DNA of 43,948 nucleotides from Octopus bimaculoides (Eukaryota), in assembly GCF_001194135.2 (NCBI RefSeq), contig NC_068994.1, forward strand, positions 12,343,287 through 12,387,234, given 5' to 3'. Numbering within the stretch: the first letter of the stretch is position 1; each line of letters starts with the position of its first letter. Position numbers and translations under genes: made by a program. The notes beneath the pieces were generated by a model. It searched no databases and had not been told where the DNA came from. It saw only the letters and a list, made by a program, of their open reading frames with translations. Shown piece after piece: positions 38,223 through 43,948 of this stretch.

Positions 38223-38665
38223 NNNNNNNNNNNNNNNNNNNNNNNNNNNNNNNNNNNNNNNNNNNNNNNNNNNNNNNNNNNNNNNNNNNNNNNNNNNNNN
38301 NNNNNNNNNNNNNNNNNNNNNNNNNNNNNNNNNNNNNNNNNNNNNNNNNNNNNNNNNNNNNNNNNNNNNNNNNNNNNNNNNNNNNNNNNNNNNNNNNNNN
38401 NNNNNNNNNNNNNNNNNNNNNNNNNNNNNNNNNNNNNNNNNNNNNNNNNNNNNNNNNNNNNNNNNNNNNNNNNNNNNNNNNNNNNNNNNNNNNNNNNNNN
38501 NNNNNNNNNNNNNNNNNNNNNNNNNNNNNNNNNNNNNNNNNNNNNNNNNNNNNNNNNNNNNNNNNNNNNNNNNNNNNNNNNNNNNNNNNNNNNNNNNNNN
38601 NNNNNNNNNNNNNNNNNNNNNNNNNNNNNNNNNNNNNNNNNNNNNNNNNNNNNNNNNNNNNNNNN

Positions 38666-38707
<42 letters not shown>

Positions 38708-38730
38708 ATATATATACATACATATATATA

Positions 38731-39373
38731 TCAGGTCATTAAGAATGAAATGTTCGATTTTCTTATGCACCAAGTTTGACAGTTGTTAACTCTAATGTTT
38801 TATCCTGACAATTCTTTGTTTTACAACATTGAAGAGTTACATCATCACATTTTGAAATGCAATTCATGGTGTCTGATTATATTTACTAAAGTTTTCTCTA
38901 GTAAATCAGTTTTTGTGAACCCATGGATAGATAAAAAAAATTCATGTTGTTTATGAATGAGTTCTGTTGTGGAACCAATGCCTCCCAGACAGCTGAAAAC
39001 GTCAATGAGGTGTTTGGTGAAGATGTGGCGAATAAGTGCACTGTACATTGATGGTTTGAGAGGTTCTGGTCTGGTGACTTTACTCTTGAAAATCAGCCCC
39101 GTGGTAGACCTGAGACCAAGGTGGATTATGATGGGCTGGAACCTGTAGTGGAAGCAGATACATCTCAAACTATGCATGAGTTAGCAGCAAGGTTTGATGT
39201 TTTGATTCCAACTGTATTAGACCATCTGAAACAAATTGGCAAGGTAAAGAAGCTAGACAAATTGGTACCACATGAATTGATTGAGCATCAAATGACATGT
39301 CTTGAAACTTACTCTTCTTTTCTGTTATGGTATAAAAGCGAACCATTTTTGTATCATATTGTTACATGTGATG
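38731..39373 (+). mobile_element. Mariner (Mos1/Hsmar-like) transposon, 5' half, non-functional
   Basis: Starts after a TA run with TIR-like TCAGGTCATT. Translation EFCCGTNASQTAENVNEVFGEDVANKCTVH*WFERFWSGDFTLENQPRGRP...LKQIGKVKKLDKLVPHEL...FLYHIVTCD has the HTH region, the WVPHEL-like motif and the first catalytic Asp. It contains a stop and is truncated at an RTE-tail insertion. Confidence 0.9.
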
Positions 39374-39720
39374 TAATCGTTACCAGTGTCGCCTTCTAGC
39401 ACTTCTGCTGGTGGCACGTTAGAAAATCATTTGAGCAAGGTCTTGCTAGTGCTGCTGGACTGGTCATGTGCAGGTGGCACATAAAAGACACCTTTTTGAG
39501 CGTTCGTTGCCAGTACCGTGTCACTGGCCCTCGTGCTGGTGGCACGTAAAAGCACCCACTACACTCTCGGAGTGGTTGGCGTTAGGAAGGGCATCCAGCT
39601 GTAGAAACTCTGCCAGATCAGCTTGGAGCCTGGTGCAGCCTTCTGGCTTGCCAGTCCTCAGTTAAATCGTCCAACCCATGCTAGCATGGAAAGTGGACAT
39701 TAAACGATGATGATGATGAT
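39374..39720 (+). mobile_element. RTE-type 3' end / partner element
   Basis: GGTTGGCGTTAGGAAGGGCATCCAGCTGTAGAAACTCTGCC...CGTCCAACCCATGCTAGCATGGAAAGTGGACATTAAACGATGATGATG. Related copies at about 10203-10272(-), 14328-14470(+), 19311-19620(-), 22183-22256(-), 23322-23468(+), 24983-25122(-), 31292-31697(-). Confidence 0.85.
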
Positions 39721-39892
39721 TTATATAAATGTATATATATATATATATATAGAGGGAGAGAGTTAGAGAGAGTGAGATAGTAATAGATGTGTGTATATAC
39801 GTGTGTGTGTGTAGAAAAATGATTCTGTTTTATGATCAACATCTTTTTTCCTTTTTAAATTTTCATCTTTATCTTCCATGTCTTCTGTTCAG

Positions 39893-39984
39893 CTTCTGTT
39901 GAATCTGCTTTTGCTGATGTCGAAGGACCATTTGATTTTGCAATCAATTTAGCTGCTGAAACTAAATATGGCCAGACAGATCCT
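39893..39984 (+). CDS. Same gene, next exon
   Basis: Long pyrimidine tract ending ttcAG, donor GTGAGT. 92 nt, phase 1/0, ASVESAFADVEGPFDFAINLAAETKYGQTDP (D-x-x-I-N-L-A-A motif typical of extended SDRs). Confidence 0.93.
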
Positions 39985-40778
39985 GTGAGTCTTGTTTATA
40001 ATTTATATTGTCATTTATATGATTATTATTGCTAATTAAGCTCATTATCGCTGATAAAATTGTGTTATTTTCATATGTTATAATAATAATAATGAGTTTT
40101 ATTGCATGAAGTATTCAGTTGCACTATATCTCAAAAAAAAAAAAAAAAAAACTGCAAAGAAAGCAAGAAGTATGATTTTGTCTAGCAATAGTTCATGTTA
40201 CCTGTGGAAATCACTGGTGATTTAGCATATAAAATAAAGAAAATTATGGAATATTGTATATTATGTAATACATTGTGTGCAAATAAATTACCATGCTATT
40301 GAAACATTTGTCGCATAAGTAGAACTACCTACTCATCTTCATTTGATNNNNNNNNNNNNNNNNNNNNNNNNNNNNNNNNNNNNNNNNNNNNNNNNNNNNN
40401 NNNNNNNNNNNNNNNNNNNNNNNNNNNNNNNNNNNNNNNNNNNNNNNNNNNNNNNNNNNNNNNNNNNNNNNNNNNNNNNNNNNNNNNNNNNNNNNNNNNN
40501 NNNNNNNNNNNNNNNNNNNNNNNNNNNNNNNNNNNNNNNNNNNNNNNNNNNNNNNNNNNNNNNNNNNNNNNNNNNNNNNNNNNNNNNNNNNNNNNNNNNN
40601 NNNNNNNNNNNNNNNNNNNNNNNNNNNNNNNNNNNNNNNNNNNNNNNNNNNNNNNNNNNNNNNNNNNNNNNNNNNNNNNNNNNNNNNNNNNNNNNNNNNN
40701 NNNNNNNNNNNNNNNNNNNNNNNNNNNNNNNNNNNNNNNNNNNNNNNNNNNNNNNNNNNNNNNNNNNNNNNNNNNTAC

Positions 40779-40821
<43 letters not shown>

Positions 40822-41080
40822 ATATTACGTATATATATATATATATATATATTATGTATATATATATATATAGTTCAAATTTACAAAAAAAAAACAGAAG
40901 ACGAAGACAGGTGTAGGAGCAACAAACAGGTGTATTTGTTTAACGCTTGGGAAAAATGGAAAAGTCTTTTAAGTTTCAATCATACATTGATTGACAGAAC
41001 TGACCTACCACGTCAGTCAGTCAGTCATAAATAATATGGGTTGCTAATTTGCAATTTTACAGCCTAAAGGCAGAAATATA

Positions 41081-41337
41081 TACACCACTAAAGTGAACAA
41101 GGGCACTAATCAGCACCAGTATTGCTAGGCATGGTGAGAGAGCCACTGATGAGCGTTAAGATGTGTTAAGCATCAAAATGCAAAATCATTGGTTACATGG
41201 CTCTATCTGTGATCATAGGGATCTTGTCTCCCTTGCCAGGTGATTAAGATAGTGTTTTTGTGGCTATTGAGTTGTTTTGACTCTTATTTCTAGTAATACT
41301 AGTGCTGAGTAGTGCCCTTGTTCACTTTAGTGATGTA
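41081..41337. mobile_element. TA-flanked MITE with 48-bp TIRs
   Basis: 41081-41128 TACACCACTAAAGTGAACAAGGGCACTAATCAGCACCAGTATTGCTAG matches the reverse complement of 41290-41337 with 4 mismatches. Confidence 0.85.
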
Positions 41338-41339
41338 TG

Positions 41340-41387
<48 letters not shown>

Positions 41388-41630
41388 ATGAGGCAACTAA
41401 GAAGTAAATGTTTTGTTGGCCATTCATTTCAGATATTTTATTATCCAAATAAAGCAGGACAATAAATTCTACTTGTTCACAGGGGGATAAATTAATAAGA
41501 AGAATGTCTTATCATTGTGTTACTAGCCTCATAGAGCAGGACACTGAATTTCCCTTACCCAACTGCAGAGCATGATAAGTAGTATGTCTGTCTATAAGAC
41601 TTTTCTCATTATGTTATTATCCTCATCTAG

Positions 41631-41744
41631 GTTTACCAGGAGGGAATTGTGAAGCTTAGTCTCAACTGTGCCAGAGAAGCAGCGAAACGCAATGTCAAAA
41701 TCTATATCGAGGCCTCAAGTAGCCAAATGTACTCAGCTGATAAG
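41631..41744 (+). CDS. Same gene, last visible exon
   Basis: Acceptor cctcatctAG, donor GTAAGC. 114 nt, phase 0/0, VYQEGIVKLSLNCAREAAKRNVKIYIEASSSQMYSADK (helix plus beta-5 ending in the SS motif). Confidence 0.93.
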
Positions 41745-41939
41745 GTAAGCTGCACCATTCATTCTCAACCCCTTGCTAACTCCCTCTCTATCTCCTTCCA
41801 CCTCTCTCTATGTCTATATATATATATATATATATATAGTTCATAGATGTGATCTCCATATAGAATACACTTAGTAGTGCTCAAAAGGTTTAAACTTGAG
41901 CAGGTATAGAAGTAAATAAGCAAGTTAGACAGATCAACA

Positions 41940-42876
41940 TATAAAGTATGGAGACCTGAACCTTGAAAACCGTGAGTGTAGTGGATGCCCATTTGTCAAT
42001 GATGATGGTCAGTTAAGGACTGTCATTGAGAAAGGTCCATGTAAAACCACTTGAGAACCGGTAAAAGAACTTCACGTTATCCAGAAAACTCCCTGCAACC
42101 ATTTACATATGATCGGAAAATCAAAAAAGCTCAACAAATGTGTACCACACGATTTGAATGAAAATCAGAAAATGCGCAGATATGAAATTTGTTCGTCACT
42201 TCTCCATAACTAGACTGATCCATTTCTCAACCATATTGTAACTTGTGATGAAAAGCAGATTCTGTACAATAATAAAAAACATTCTTTGCAGTGGTTGGAC
42301 CGAAATGAAGCACTAAAAATCTTCCCTAAACCCGAGCTCTTCAAAAAGAAGCTTTTGGTGATTGTTTTGGTAGTGTACTGCTGGACTCATCCACTATAAC
42401 TTGTTAAAATCCAGAATAACCATTACTGGAGAAACATATTGTTATGAAATTGCCCAAATGAACGAAAAACTGCTACTCGTCCATCCCAGACTGGTCAACA
42501 GAAGAGGGCCAATCATTCTTCATGACAATGCTCGACCACACATTTCACTAATGACATTGAGGGAACTTGGTTACGAAATTCTTCCCCACCCAGACCTTTC
42601 TCCTACAGACTACCACTTTTTCAAGCGCCTTGATGGTTTCCTGCAAGAGAAGTTCAAAAATGAAACCGATGCTGAAAGTGCATTCAAAGAGTTCATCAGC
42701 TCCAGAACTGCAGATTTTTATGCTACTGGAATAAACAAACTTGTAACTCGTTGGCAAAAATGTGTTGATTGTAATGGTACTACTGACTTTGATGAATAAA
42801 ATTTCTGTATTGTTGAAAGGTATTGTAATGAATTTCATATTTCAAAACGTCGCTTACGTTTTTACTCAGCCTGAAA
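41940..42876 (+). mobile_element. Mariner transposon, 5'-truncated, non-functional, with right TIR
   Basis: KYGDLNLENRE...KKLNKCVPHDL...HIVTCDEK...LHDNARPH...PDLSPTDYHFF...RWQKCVDCNG. Contains stops and a frameshift. Only 27 aa between catalytic D2 and D3 (34 expected; the PYS of YSPDL is lost). TIR-like tttactcagcctgaaa followed by TA. Confidence 0.92.
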
Positions 42877-43664
42877 TATATATATATATATATATANNNN
42901 NNNNNNNNNNNNNNNNNNNNNNNNNNNNNNNNNNNNNNNNNNNNNNNNNNNNNNNNNNNNNNNNNNNNNNNNNNNNNNNNNNNNNNNNNNNNNNNNNNNN
43001 NNNNNNNNNNNNNNNNNNNNNNNNNNNNNNNNNNNNNNNNNNNNNNNNNNNNNNNNNNNNNNNNNNNNNNNNNNNNNNNNNNNNNNNNNNNNNNNNNNNN
43101 NNNNNNNNNNNNNNNNNNNNNNATATATATATATATATATATAAATAAAATGTTGATGAAGACTACAATAATTTTAACAACAATCACATCGTTTTATGTT
43201 ATAATTTACAGCCGGAAGATGAAGAAGTAAGTACTTTCTTCTTGCTGCATGTCCAAATGTATTGATTATAATTTCTCAGTTATGTTTTTAAGACAGTCAG
43301 AACAGCCATATTGAAGTGACATAAATAAATATACTTTTATTCTCTCCCTTTCCTGCATTCTCCTTTCTCTTGACTTCTTTTCCATTTCTCTTTCCCTTTG
43401 CTTGTTCCTGTCTCAATCTCTACCTTTTATCTTTTATGTGCTTCGGTCAGTAGACTGTGGCCATGCTGGGGCACTGATTTGAAGAATTTTAGTCATGCAA
43501 ATCAAACCCTGTGCTTATTTTTATTTTTAAACCTGGTTCTTATTCTATCAGTCTCTTTATCCAAATTGCTAAGTCACAGGGACATAGACACATCACCAGT
43601 TGTCAAGTGGTAGTGGATGACAAACACAGACATATAGGTACACACATGCTCACATGCTTATATA

Positions 43665-43698
<34 letters not shown>

Positions 43699-43701
<3 letters not shown>

Positions 43702-43891
43702 AAGGGTTGCTGAAAAGTTCCTGGATTTAAGGGTATCATGAAAGGCCAGGTAGGAGGCCCAACATTTCGAGTTCTTTTACAGGGCTTAGAAAAACTGAAG
43801 GACTACTACAGTGTGTGATTCTGAGAGATTATGTTGAATAAAATCATAATTAACAGATCCTCCAGTATTTCCTTTCAGCACGCCCCCTCAT
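43699..43891 (+). mobile_element. Same mariner-type MITE family, uninterrupted
   Basis: gctgaaaagttcctggatttaagggtatc...cttagaaaaactgaaggactac...atcataattaac matches the 31149 copy. Right TIR partly deleted. Confidence 0.75.
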
Positions 43892-43948
43892 GTGTATGTA
43901 TATACACGCACACATACATACTACAGATTTTTTTCAGTTTCTACTTAC

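Noticed and set aside
38731-42876. One large mariner split by the 39893 and 41631 exons (exon capture or domestication)
   Set aside because: Both fragments contain the same WVPHEL-to-IVTCD region and their termini differ, so they are independent dead copies. Stops, frameshifts and D27D spacing argue against a SETMAR-like domesticated gene.

Overview
AT-rich, microsatellite-dense animal genomic scaffold with nine N-gaps. The repeat families look like those I recall from Octopus (inference from repeat recognition, not a database search). The only well-supported gene is a + strand NAD(P)-binding extended-SDR (epimerase/dehydratase-like) gene. Five phase-compatible GT-AG exons (29105-29166, 32431-32487, 34620-34674, 39893-39984, 41631-41744) encode 127 aa: GTGFIGRNLVGYLVNNDLVTK-VRVADKVPPQMAWLNNKHK-EAFVNPLVEFKHSNLINI-ASVESAFADVEGPFDFAINLAAETKYGQTDP-VYQEGIVKLSLNCAREAAKRNVKIYIEASSSQMYSADK. 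Its start exon was not found and its 3' exons lie beyond the window. The rest is mostly mobile DNA: at least three tRNA-derived SINE families, RTE, R4/Dong and L1/Tx1-like LINE ends, two dead mariner transposases, several MITEs, Penelope-like ends with hammerhead-like motifs, and minisatellites. Most ORFs in the supplied track are translations of microsatellites, repeats or N-gaps. I found no convincing novel multi-gene system. The best leads are RNA-level: hammerhead-like motifs, a duplicated decoy splice acceptor, a candidate recursive splice site, fold-back hairpins, and a transposon-borne RFX X-box. Repeat boundaries are read by eye and approximate (about +/-10 nt). Exon and motif coordinates were counted base by base.
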